Positions 43,136-51,986 of a DNA stretch of 64,000 nt are shown piece by piece. The notes under the pieces are model-generated. The model was not told the origin of the DNA. It saw only the letters and a program-made list of their open reading frames with translations, and ran no database searches. The position numbers and the translations under genes are program-made. Every line of letters starts with the position of its first letter. The stretch's first letter is position 1. Source of the stretch: a virus; the IMG/VR virus record IMGVR_UViG_3300028569_002824, positions 1 through 64,000 of that record; one strand, written 5' to 3'.

Positions 43136-44237
43136 TTAGTACTTGTGACGTTCTAAACAATTCAATACATTTATTTAGAACTTCTTGTTTGGTTGCTCTT
43201 GTTTCAATGCGATCAATAAATTCTGAAAACGCAGTCTCCACATCCAATGACAGTTTTTCAATTTCATTAACTTGAGGTTGAGCTTTGTCCAAAATATTAA
43301 ATTCGGTCCTGAGTTGAAAAGGTTCGTATTGAGATAATTTTGTTATTAACAGATCAACAGTTAATGCATCAGTTTCCACATCAACATAAATGCTTATTAT
43401 ATTTCCCTTCACTATTTGAGGTAGATTTTTATATTTTTTTTGAATTAAATCGGTGATGGATAATCTATAATGTTTTGGTGTTGTGTCGTTCTGTATAAAT
43501 TCTACGCTAAGATCGATTAAATTTAATACAGATACTCCTTTCGGTTGTTCTCTGTCACTGAAATCCATCTCATATGGTGAGCCTAAATACAAGACAAATT
43601 TATCTTCGTATTTTCTGTGATCTCTACAGTGAAAATGTCCGGTTATAACACAATTCGAATTTTTGAGTAGTTCAGCAGCTGTATCACCATGGTCACAAAT
43701 TTTGTTAGCATTCATTTTGAAGTTAATAATTTCAAAATGTCCTACTATAACGTCAACCAGCTGAGTTGGAGGTTGATCTAATATCTCGTTAACATGAGCT
43801 TTCCATGGACAAAATAAAATTTTACGATTACCTGCATTGATGATGGTTAGTTTTGAGTGAACAAATATATTTTGATTAGCTAAAATTTCAACCGAATTAA
43901 CTTCTGCTGAAGTAGACAAGAAGGCGTCGTGATTTCCTGGTATTATATGTATATAAAAGTCGGATAACTTATCAAAAAACTTTTTAGCAACATGTAAGGT
44001 ATTTACACCAATTTCATGCCTGTCGTGAAACGTATCTCCTGCGAAAATAATAGTATCCAAATCTTGACTGATCATTGTATTTTTAATGAAATCAGCAACA
44101 GAAAGACACGTGTCGTGCCACATTGAAGAATTTTGATGTACACCAAGGTGCAAATCAGAAAAAAACAATATCTTGTTATTTTTAGGATTAACCTTCAAAG
44201 TGTCCACCAGATGTATAGTCGTCGCACGATTCGACAT
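43128..44237 (-). CDS. Recombination nuclease subunit (T4 gp47/SbcD-like); start may lie slightly downstream
   Basis: SDLHLG, GDTFHDR, GNHD, GHFE, GHFH, YLGSP. Confidence 0.93.
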   Translation of the reverse strand: MSNRATTIHLVDTLKVNPKNNKILFFSDLHLGVHQNSSMWHDTCLSVADFIKNTMISQDLDTIIFAGDTFHDRHEIGVNTLHVAKKFFDKLSDFYIHIIPGNHDAFLSTSAEVNSVEILANQNIFVHSKLTIINAGNRKILFCPWKAHVNEILDQPPTQLVDVIVGHFEIINFKMNANKICDHGDTAAELLKNSNCVITGHFHCRDHRKYEDKFVLYLGSPYEMDFSDREQPKGVSVLNLIDLSVEFIQNDTTPKHYRLSITDLIQKKYKNLPQIVKGNIISIYVDVETDALTVDLLITKLSQYEPFQLRTEFNILDKAQPQVNEIEKLSLDVETAFSEFIDRIETRATKQEVLNKCIELFRTSQVLNE

Positions 44238-44835
44238 GTGTATTTTTCTTGGATGGTATTAGCCCACTACAAATGTAATTTTCGTACATTTCCTCTTGAT
44301 ATCGTTTGATGGTATCAAAGTCCTTTTTATTTTTTTTAATGCAGTTTTGAAAAGCATGATAAGCTACTTTAGTAAAATACGAAAATGGATTATACCCCCC
44401 ATCACATTTAAACCTTTTTCTTCTAAGGGCTGTCATCATTTTAACTATAGCGTCACCTTGCATTTCTACCTTAAAGCTATATGAGTAAAAATTTCTAGCT
44501 AATCCAAGCCGTACAGCTATCATTTGAACCATTCCTGCGAGATTTTCAGACAATATACCAGTTTCATAGAACTCTTTGATTTTTTTTTCCATTTCTATAG
44601 GATCTATATACACATCCTTAAGCTCCTCCTTTGTTCTCCTAACGCGTTTAATTGGAGAAGAGGATGTTGTAACAACATTAACAGAATCATCTACTGCGCT
44701 CTCCTCTGGATTATTATTTGATTCCCTGCTGTCGTTTTTTTTGCTAGGAGGTTTTGAATTAGTTGTTTGTTTGAGTTTGCTGGTTTTAGCAGCAAGCTTA
44801 ACAACTTTTTGTTTGGTAGGTAAAGTCTTTTCCAT
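44188..44835 (-). CDS. Late-transcription sigma factor (T4 gp55-like)
   Basis: IAVRL..NFYSYSFKVEMQGDA...NPFSYFT; TTGATT-N16-TAATAT supports a start at 44835. Confidence 0.85.
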   Translation of the reverse strand: MEKTLPTKQKVVKLAAKTSKLKQTTNSKPPSKKNDSRESNNNPEESAVDDSVNVVTTSSSPIKRVRRTKEELKDVYIDPIEMEKKIKEFYETGILSENLAGMVQMIAVRLGLARNFYSYSFKVEMQGDAIVKMMTALRRKRFKCDGGYNPFSYFTKVAYHAFQNCIKKNKKDFDTIKRYQEEMYENYICSGLIPSKKNTHVESCDDYTSGGHFEG

Positions 44836-44896
44836 GGAAAAGTACATATTAAGCCATAATAAGATTAAATCAACTAACGGCAACTAAAATAACCGT

Positions 44897-46336
44897 TTAT
44901 TGCTCATTGAGTTTTGATGAAATTACTGGAATTGACTCTGAGTTATATAATCTCAATCTTTCTTCGAAATGTTTTTGACCATACACTAAACAGACGTCAG
45001 CTATATCAAATATAGTAGCCATTTGCTTTGTGTGATGTAATCGCAAACTTCTGCCTATTGATTGTATGATCTTAATTCGAGCCTTTCCTATAGCAGCAAA
45101 AACTATATTATGTAAATTTTTAATGGAAATTCCTGTCGAAAATATTTTTGAAATAGCGATGCAAACAACTCCCGACCTTTCCTCCATGAGTTTTCTCATG
45201 TTTTCTCGTTCTTCAAGCTCAACTGATCCCTGAATAAAATATATTTGTTTATCGGTAGTCGTTTGTAAATGTTGTAGTAAGTGTTCTCCGTGAACTATTC
45301 TATCTACCAAAATCAATGTGTTTGTTTCTAGTTTATTAACCAACTTCGAAATAACCGAATTTCTATATTCGTTGGTATGCAGCCACGTAATCTCTTCTTC
45401 ATAACCAGCTGTCGGTTCCGACATAGAGGGTTTAGTAAAAGTTGGAACATTTTTATATGTTAATTCTAACGAAACTACTCTTACTTTAGAAATATATTTG
45501 TCTTGTCTTAGTTCTAGTGATTTTTTTTGATATATAACCGGCCCGAATATTCTATTAATAGACCAAACATCAAAACTGCACTCCGGTAAAGAGCCGGTAA
45601 ATCCAAACATTCTGTTGCATTTTACGTTTTTAATGAGCTTTGATATCTTTTCAGCTGTAGCAAACTTGTGACACTCATCAACAATTAATGTATTGAATCG
45701 TTCCAACGCGTGTTTATCTTGTTTTTCTGATAACAATATTTGGTTATTAGCAATAACTATTTTAGTATCAGTTAATTCATATGAGCCTGTCCACTTAGAG
45801 ATAATATTTTCGTTTATTCCATAATCCAAAAAATCTTGATAAGTCTGTTGAACAAGTTGTATGTCAGGAACCAATATTAAAATATTATCACTTGTGTGTT
45901 TCAACACAGTAGATGCTATAATTGCAATGACCAACGTTTTACCAGCAGAAGTCGGAAGAACTACAACACCACGACCGCGCTGAAGTGCTTTTTGTGCAGA
46001 TTCTTTTTGGTAGTCTCTGGGATCAACCATTAATTCAACCATGTCTCCTGTAATTGAATCATTAAGAATCCGCTTAGATAGTTCTTGTGAAACATTAATC
46101 CGGACAGAAGGAAATTTAATTTTTAGGTTTTGACAAATACTATCAAAAAACGGTAAATCAAAATATCCCTTGCTGGTAATTGCATACTTTCTCACCGGCA
46201 TGTTTCGCCCCAATCTCTTTCGTAAAAAAACTAAAGCCTTATCTTCAATGGAGAAAAATTCTCTAATTTGATCCAAATATTCAGAGACTATTTTTGGTTT
46301 TCTCGAAACCGTATCAAAATCAAATAAAACAATCAT
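44897..46336 (-). CDS. uvsW: SF2 helicase UvsW
   Basis: PRDYQ, LPTSAGKT, DECH, GFTGS, STGISI, QSIGRSLR. Confidence 0.93.
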   Translation of the reverse strand: MIVLFDFDTVSRKPKIVSEYLDQIREFFSIEDKALVFLRKRLGRNMPVRKYAITSKGYFDLPFFDSICQNLKIKFPSVRINVSQELSKRILNDSITGDMVELMVDPRDYQKESAQKALQRGRGVVVLPTSAGKTLVIAIIASTVLKHTSDNILILVPDIQLVQQTYQDFLDYGINENIISKWTGSYELTDTKIVIANNQILLSEKQDKHALERFNTLIVDECHKFATAEKISKLIKNVKCNRMFGFTGSLPECSFDVWSINRIFGPVIYQKKSLELRQDKYISKVRVVSLELTYKNVPTFTKPSMSEPTAGYEEEITWLHTNEYRNSVISKLVNKLETNTLILVDRIVHGEHLLQHLQTTTDKQIYFIQGSVELEERENMRKLMEERSGVVCIAISKIFSTGISIKNLHNIVFAAIGKARIKIIQSIGRSLRLHHTKQMATIFDIADVCLVYGQKHFEERLRLYNSESIPVISSKLNEQ

Positions 46337-46758
46337 TTTAAAATATCATCCAACACTTTTTCGAATCTCCAAAATATTTTAGGTTTGCACTCCAATTTTG
46401 TCAAAAACCCAGCCCAGTCAATTTCGTCAAGCTGCAGTTGACTAGTTGGAATCACTTCGCTTACTAAATTAATATCACTGAGCTTTTTTACAGTAACTAA
46501 AAATAAAGTAACTTGCTTTGTTATATTGGTTCGTTTTTTATTAAAGTAATTTACTACGTAATTTGTTGATAATTTATTTTTATGAACTTTGATTCCCGTT
46601 TCTTCCCAACATTCTCTTATAGCAGCCTCCATTAAATCTTCTCCTTCTTCAACACCGCCTTTAGGAAACGAAAAACTGTTGGTATAAGAAGCGTTGGTTG
46701 GATGACAGAGTAATACTTTATTGTTATACTGAAGAATAATGCCTGCAGCGATCTTCAT
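46333..46758 (-). CDS. Nudix hydrolase
   Basis: PKGGVEEGEDLMEAAIRECWEETG. Confidence 0.93.
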   Translation of the reverse strand: MKIAAGIILQYNNKVLLCHPTNASYTNSFSFPKGGVEEGEDLMEAAIRECWEETGIKVHKNKLSTNYVVNYFNKKRTNITKQVTLFLVTVKKLSDINLVSEVIPTSQLQLDEIDWAGFLTKLECKPKIFWRFEKVLDDILK

Positions 46759-47162
46759 GTTGTTTCGAGTGTAATAATTTTTGTTAAATTTGTCATACCA
46801 TATTGAGCATCTCTCAGATTTGACTCTACTTTATTTAAGTATTCTACTACGAGTTCGTTGTTGTTAATTTCTTCGTCTATTTTAATAATAACATCATTAG
46901 ACAAAATAGAGTCATTAATAGTTTTAATGTTGAGTGACACTGGAGATTCCGCCTCTAATTTTTGCTTGATTGTTTTTGCAGCCTTATCTTTTGCTTTCTT
47001 GAGCTTTTGTATTTGTTGTTTGTGAAACATTAGTCTTCCAACCCAGTAATGTCTTACTGAAGGCAATGCCATCTGAGCGTCCTTGATGTTGATTTCATCA
47101 AATTTCAAAAACGTTTCGATTTTTTCGTGATATTCGTACATGAGGTTTGATGAGTCAGTCAT
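46755..47162 (-). CDS. Recombination mediator, UvsY-like (start probably 47162)
   Basis: Helical ~135 aa near uvsW; DEINI....LPSVRHYW pattern. Confidence 0.6.
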   Translation of the reverse strand: MTDSSNLMYEYHEKIETFLKFDEINIKDAQMALPSVRHYWVGRLMFHKQQIQKLKKAKDKAAKTIKQKLEAESPVSLNIKTINDSILSNDVIIKIDEEINNNELVVEYLNKVESNLRDAQYGMTNLTKIITLETT

Positions 47163-47224
47163 AAAGAGATGTAATTTATAGTATAACCAAACAAAAATAA
47201 AACAACCCAAATAGGCTTTAAATG

Positions 47225-47541
47225 TCTTTAAGTTCCGGTTATTCAGATTGAAGGAGGGAGGTTCCCCATTGCTGAGAAAACCTCCCTGTCTTTGAAATTC
47301 CGTTTAAAACGAGTCTCAGTCGGGGTAACAAGCTTCAAAAAATCCTGTGATTAATATGCCCCCTCGGTTGTCCTGTAAGGGCTGGCTTGAGTGGTCCTGG
47401 CAAATGCCAGACAACGGTCACGCAAATAGCGCACATCGAGAAATGTTTTTAATTTATTAATCGCTGATTCCTGTTTTTTATCTTCCTACGAAGACCTACG
47501 CAAATGCGCTCCGGCTAGTCCTAACAGCGATGTTGTTAATA
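47225..47541 (-). ncRNA. Candidate structured non-coding RNA of unknown class
   Basis: ORF-free, GC-enriched, nested helices; G-U pairs and a GCAA tetraloop work only on the minus strand; TAAGTA at 47547-47552. Confidence 0.65.
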
Positions 47542-47616
47542 TCGTTTACTTAGTATATTTGTCAACCATATTAAGAAATTATTTTTTTTTTTTATTAATT
47601 TACATTAAATAACACT

Positions 47617-47859
47617 ATGGAATTTCACGAGTTAGTAGAAAAAATCCTACAAGAAGACAATGTATCAGGAGGATCTGGATCAGCGTTCGGTCCAAATGTT
47701 GGATCTACATCTACCACATTTAGCGGAGATAACTATGCCAAGGGTGATGCTAGACGAATAACCGGTGTATTTGATGGAATTTTAACTCGCAATGGAATGA
47801 ATAAAAAAGCAAACAAAAGGAAAGCCAAAAAACGTAAAAAGGACAAAAAATGGAATTAG
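47617..47859 (+). CDS. Small late protein with a basic tail
   Basis: TAAATA 5 nt upstream; MEFHELVEKILQE leader. Confidence 0.7.
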   Translation: MEFHELVEKILQEDNVSGGSGSAFGPNVGSTSTTFSGDNYAKGDARRITGVFDGILTRNGMNKKANKRKAKKRKKDKKWN

Positions 47860-48290
47860 GGCACTGGAGATTAGCAGAGGGGATACAACTTAATCTAAGT
47901 GCATTTGGGTTTATTTATGAAATTACAAATAATGCTACGGAACGTCCTAAAAAGTATATAGGCAAAAAGCAATGTGTGTTTAAAGTAAGAAAAAAACCTC
48001 TAAAAGGCAAAACTAGAGCCAGATTAGGAGTTAAAGAATCGGATTGGAAAACTTACACAGGCTCATCTAAAGAGTTAAACGATGATATTAAAAAATACGG
48101 AAAAGAAATGTTCGATTTTGTAATTTTAGAGTGGTGCGATTCAAAATTTGAGTTAGGATATAAGGAAATCAAAAAACAAATAATGGAAGACGTTTTATTA
48201 AGTGAAGATTATTATAATGGAATAATAAATTGTCGCTTGGGACGCGTTCCTAAAGCATTTAATACACGTGAAAGTAAAAGTATTTCCTAA
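47850..48290 (+). CDS. GIY-YIG family endonuclease
   Basis: GFIYEITN...KYIGKK...SDWKTYTGSS...YYN. Confidence 0.85.
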   Translation: MELGHWRLAEGIQLNLSAFGFIYEITNNATERPKKYIGKKQCVFKVRKKPLKGKTRARLGVKESDWKTYTGSSKELNDDIKKYGKEMFDFVILEWCDSKFELGYKEIKKQIMEDVLLSEDYYNGIINCRLGRVPKAFNTRESKSIS

Positions 48291-48708
48291 ATCCAGAGTC
48301 TGTGCCATTGACGCCTATCCTTCTTTTGAAACCAGCTTATCTAAGGCGATCCAATTCACCAAAAAGCACGATATAGCAATTAACTCAGCTGACGGAAAAC
48401 GACTAATTTTAGGATTCTTTTTAGATGAAATTGCTAAACACGTCAACGATACAACAAGTTTGTTTCCAAAAGTATTGTTTATGTCTACCAAATATGCAAA
48501 TTCAAAAACAAAGTCTTTTATACATAAACATGTAGTAAAAATATTAGAGCGATTGCCTATTCACTATTGCGGAATTTATGAGCCAACGTCTCCTGATTTA
48601 GAGATGGCTGCTTCGAGTAGCTTAAGTCACACAAAAAACAGTAAGAATTTTAATAGAGCTGTAAATAAATTGAGAATTAAAAATTCCCAACATTTCAGCA
48701 CATTATAA
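48268..48708 (+). CDS. Hypothetical protein
   Basis: Overlapping ORF in the operon. Confidence 0.55.
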   Translation: MKVKVFPKSRVCAIDAYPSFETSLSKAIQFTKKHDIAINSADGKRLILGFFLDEIAKHVNDTTSLFPKVLFMSTKYANSKTKSFIHKHVVKILERLPIHYCGIYEPTSPDLEMAASSSLSHTKNSKNFNRAVNKLRIKNSQHFSTL

Positions 48709-48709
48709 T

Positions 48710-49354
48710 TTAAACTGCCGACGGGTCAATTAACGTACCGTCTTCTTCTCCGTATCCACAACCATTATCTTTAATGTATAATTTCATTTGCGGAACTCTC
48801 ATGTCGGGCGGACCATCTAACCGTATTACTGCTGGACAGTCTTCTCTAGGAAAGAAAGCTCCTGTATTTTTCTCGTATGAAGCGATCATTGCATCAAAAA
48901 TGTTATCAATTTCTTCTCTGAATGCTGGATCAGATTCTCTTCCTTCTCTTGATACAATAGGAATTTCAGGTCTTGCTGGAACGTAAAAAATAACATCTAT
49001 GTGTTTTAACGATAGTGCAGCAATTGTTTTACATTCCATCACAAAATCTGTTGTAAATCCTTTTGTTTCTTTAACGTGATGCCATAAAGTATAAGCAATA
49101 TTATCAATTGGACATCTATCGAAAATAACAAACTTGTCATCTGACGTACTTGCTAATTGAGTTTCATCTATAAGAGCATTTAGTATAGCTTTTTGAGAAT
49201 CTGGATCACCATCCTTGTTTAATTTAATTTGTTGTTCTTTAATGATGTCTCTGTACGTTTTTTGAGGCTTTTTGTACATTGGCCATTGTTTAATAAAGTT
49301 GTCTATTAGAGTGGATTTACCTACACAATGGGCTCCTATTAGGGCAATACGCAT
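48710..49354 (-). CDS. P-loop nucleotide kinase-like protein (dNMP kinase/NadR-like)
   Basis: GAHCVGKST, FDRCPID..AY. Confidence 0.75.
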   Translation of the reverse strand: MRIALIGAHCVGKSTLIDNFIKQWPMYKKPQKTYRDIIKEQQIKLNKDGDPDSQKAILNALIDETQLASTSDDKFVIFDRCPIDNIAYTLWHHVKETKGFTTDFVMECKTIAALSLKHIDVIFYVPARPEIPIVSREGRESDPAFREEIDNIFDAMIASYEKNTGAFFPREDCPAVIRLDGPPDMRVPQMKLYIKDNGCGYGEEDGTLIDPSAV

Positions 49355-49384
49355 ATATTTTAATTACTACTATCTTGAATTAAA

Positions 49385-50155
49385 TCAAACTTTTAAAGCT
49401 AAATCCCAAATTAGTAAATGAAGACGAGGACTAAAATTAACATGCATGGCTTTTGCATATTCTGCTACAGCTTGTGCTCTGTCAATATGTTCTTGTCTTG
49501 AACCACAGCATGGCATAAACCACACTCGTTGGAGAGGTACGTTTATTCCCTCGTAATCATTAATATATTTTCTCCAAATTTCCTCTATGTCTCGATCTGA
49601 GGTTATGACAAACTTGAATCCCGAATTGTGATCAACATGCCATCTAAGCACTTCTGGTTTATATGTTTTTTCTTCTGGATCGCCATTTGTAGTCAACTTT
49701 GGAGATGTAGTAAAAGTTGCGCAAAATTCTGTTACCCAACGTTCATCAGGCTGAAGAGTAGCATTAGTTTCAAAGTCAATTCGTGGATTGAATCCGTATT
49801 TTTCGTTAAAGGCTTCTATAAACTTAATAAGCTGCTTTTGCTGAATTAAAGGTTCGCCTCCCGTCAACTTGAAAATTGCTCTGTTTCTTAGATGTTCTAC
49901 ATAATTCTTTTCTTCCATCATCTGGAAGATCTCCGCAAAAGTCATTTTATTTTTAACTGACCAGGAAATAAAAGAATCACAACCGTTCGGACTGTTTTCT
50001 GATGCGAACCCCTTGCATGTAAGGTTGCACATCGACATTCTCATGAAAACTGAAGGTTGTCCGACAAATTCTCCTTCCCCCTCCACAGTGTAGAACGTTT
50101 TATCATCTGATAGAATTAACGTTTCTGTTTGTATATCAATATTATTAGTTTTCAT
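49385..50155 (-). CDS. queE: 7-carboxy-7-deazaguanine synthase (radical SAM)
   Basis: FYTVEGEG..G.PSVF.R, CNLTC-x-CDS, LTGGEP, ETN, SPK, KFV, PRLH. Confidence 0.88.
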   Translation of the reverse strand: MKTNNIDIQTETLILSDDKTFYTVEGEGEFVGQPSVFMRMSMCNLTCKGFASENSPNGCDSFISWSVKNKMTFAEIFQMMEEKNYVEHLRNRAIFKLTGGEPLIQQKQLIKFIEAFNEKYGFNPRIDFETNATLQPDERWVTEFCATFTTSPKLTTNGDPEEKTYKPEVLRWHVDHNSGFKFVITSDRDIEEIWRKYINDYEGINVPLQRVWFMPCCGSRQEHIDRAQAVAEYAKAMHVNFSPRLHLLIWDLALKV

Positions 50156-50615
50156 CTTCTTCGTCTTTTGGTTCTGCGTAAATTGCTGAATTTTGTTCAT
50201 GTTCCCAAACCTCCACTTTAGATACCCAACATCTATGTCTGGTTTCTTCGTTACATTCGAGAAATAATCTTGTTGTATTAAAACACCACTCTGCTGTTTT
50301 CTCAATTCCTACACTACTCATTACTCTAAGATCACAACCTCCTTTTTTGTGTAGATCTTGAAATTCAGCTATTAGTGGATCGTCTGCAGCTATACACAAC
50401 GTGTGATCAAATTGGTGTTGAAGTAGTTGCTTTAGTTCTTTCAAACCACCAAAATTTACTGCCCAATTGCGGTGATCTAATTCAGAACATTCAAACCAAA
50501 ATTTTGCCATCAAGCGGTATCCGTGAACAAATCTACAGTGTGTCCCATCAGCCTTCCATTGCCTAAACGCACACGATCCCAATTCTATTACTTTAGTTGA
50601 TGTATAAGTCCCCAT
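50145..50615 (-). CDS. queD: 6-carboxy-tetrahydropterin synthase
   Basis: HCRFVHGY, NFG.LK, FDH, EVWE...NSA. Confidence 0.88.
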   Translation of the reverse strand: MGTYTSTKVIELGSCAFRQWKADGTHCRFVHGYRLMAKFWFECSELDHRNWAVNFGGLKELKQLLQHQFDHTLCIAADDPLIAEFQDLHKKGGCDLRVMSSVGIEKTAEWCFNTTRLFLECNEETRHRCWVSKVEVWEHEQNSAIYAEPKDEEDEN

Positions 50616-50620
50616 ATTTC

Positions 50621-50902
50621 TTACATGTGATCAAATGACGTTACCTCAATATTTGATTTAAATTCTTTCAACAACTCTTCTGAGATTTCCTCTTCGTAGT
50701 TTTCCTCTTGAAGAAATTGAATGTCGCTAATTTTAATATCAGGCTTTAAGCTCTTGATGCGTTTCGCTAGCTGAAACAATTTATGTTGATACTCTTTACC
50801 TGTATTTGATAACACATTTATCGAACAAGAAAATAGCAAGGCGGATAAAATCGAAGAGAACTCATCTTCTGATACTGAAATATTTAGAGAGCTTTTAGGC
50901 AT
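50621..50902 (-). CDS. Hypothetical protein
   Basis: TTGACA-N16-TAAGAT-N7-ATG. Confidence 0.65.
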   Translation of the reverse strand: MPKSSLNISVSEDEFSSILSALLFSCSINVLSNTGKEYQHKLFQLAKRIKSLKPDIKISDIQFLQEENYEEEISEELLKEFKSNIEVTSFDHM

Positions 50903-50971
50903 GAAAGTAATCTTAACACAATTTTACTTTATGTCAAGAACATGCAGGTAAAAAATCAAAGATTACAACAA

Positions 50972-51601
50972 TCAAGCTTTTACTAAAGTAGCTACTTCTT
51001 CAAGTGTGAGACCGTCATTTTTTGCTTCGTCCAAAACACGATACAGCTCATTAACTACGTCGCTAATTTTGTCTTTATGCTCAGCAATCTTATTATAATG
51101 AAAGGCGCGTAGCTTATTATGAGTGTTTGTTTCTTTTAGTAATTCAGAGGCTTCTATCAAGTCGACTTTTGGTCCTAAAAATTTCTTAATTTTTATTATT
51201 GTTTTAACTAACGGAGAAAGTGAATTGGTTTCTTCTTCAGTTATAGGGGATTTTATTTTTTGTCCGGATTCGTTAATAAGTCCTAATTTGAAAGCATCAA
51301 ATTGTGCAAATGGTTTTTTAAGCTCTTTGATTAAAATCTGATTATCAAGAAAACTTTGTATAGTTTCTCTAAACATATTGTTATAAGACACTCCGTGTAC
51401 ATGCATGTCGTTATTAGGGTTGTGTTTGCAACCTCTTCCGTAACTTGAAGACCCGCAATAAGAACATTTTGTAGAATCATCAGGATGAAAGTGCACTCCA
51501 TGAGGACCGTGCCTACAACCTTTTCCTCTGTTTAAAGAACCACAATACATGCAGCGGCTTTTTTGTGGGCTTGGCTTATTAGTAGCCTGCATGTTATTCA
51601 T
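50972..51601 (-). CDS. Hypothetical protein with two Cys/His repeats (putative zinc binding)
   Basis: CMYCGS..RGKGCRHGP..VH.H and CSYCGS..YGRGCKHNP..MH.H. Confidence 0.65.
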   Translation of the reverse strand: MNNMQATNKPSPQKSRCMYCGSLNRGKGCRHGPHGVHFHPDDSTKCSYCGSSSYGRGCKHNPNNDMHVHGVSYNNMFRETIQSFLDNQILIKELKKPFAQFDAFKLGLINESGQKIKSPITEEETNSLSPLVKTIIKIKKFLGPKVDLIEASELLKETNTHNKLRAFHYNKIAEHKDKISDVVNELYRVLDEAKNDGLTLEEVATLVKA

Positions 51602-51609
51602 ACTGTTCG

Positions 51610-51954
51610 TTAGAATTTCTTTACGGGATTATTTTGCTGATTGTTGTTTTGTGGCTGTTGCTGTCCTGCTGGTGCTGGTTGTCCTGCTGGCACTGGTGCT
51701 GGTTGTCCTGCTGTTACCGGTTGCCCTGGTGCTGGCTTTTGAGCGTTCGTTTTAGCTGCTTGTTGTGCAGCAAGTTGTGCAGCCTTCATTTGTTTTTCAA
51801 GCTCTGCCAACACAGCTGCTGGATTTTGACCGTGTTTTTGAAGCAATCCTTGAAGATCTTTAGCTAAATCTTGTGGATTAGATGTTGGAGCAGCTGGTGG
51901 AACTGTGTTTTCAGCTAATGTAGCCTTATAAATATCATCGAATGTTAGTTTCAT
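51610..51954 (-). CDS. Q/P/A-rich late protein
   Basis: TAAATA 5 nt upstream; GQPAP repeats. Confidence 0.7.
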   Translation of the reverse strand: MKLTFDDIYKATLAENTVPPAAPTSNPQDLAKDLQGLLQKHGQNPAAVLAELEKQMKAAQLAAQQAAKTNAQKPAPGQPVTAGQPAPVPAGQPAPAGQQQPQNNNQQNNPVKKF

Positions 51955-51986
51955 ATTTTTATTTAATCAAATTAATTTTTAAATCA

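Noticed and set aside
47225-47541. RNase P RNA, group I intron or 6S RNA
   Set aside because: No GAGGAAAGUCC P4 motif, no convincing P7 core or interrupted gene, and not a single long rod.
47560-47565. Sigma70 promoter for the candidate RNA (TTGACA)
   Set aside because: No acceptable -10 at 16-18 nt; the TAAGTA motif fits better.
50156-50305. 50-aa N-terminal extension of QueE
   Set aside because: It overlaps queD in another frame; the ATG at 50155 gives a normal size and a short overlap.
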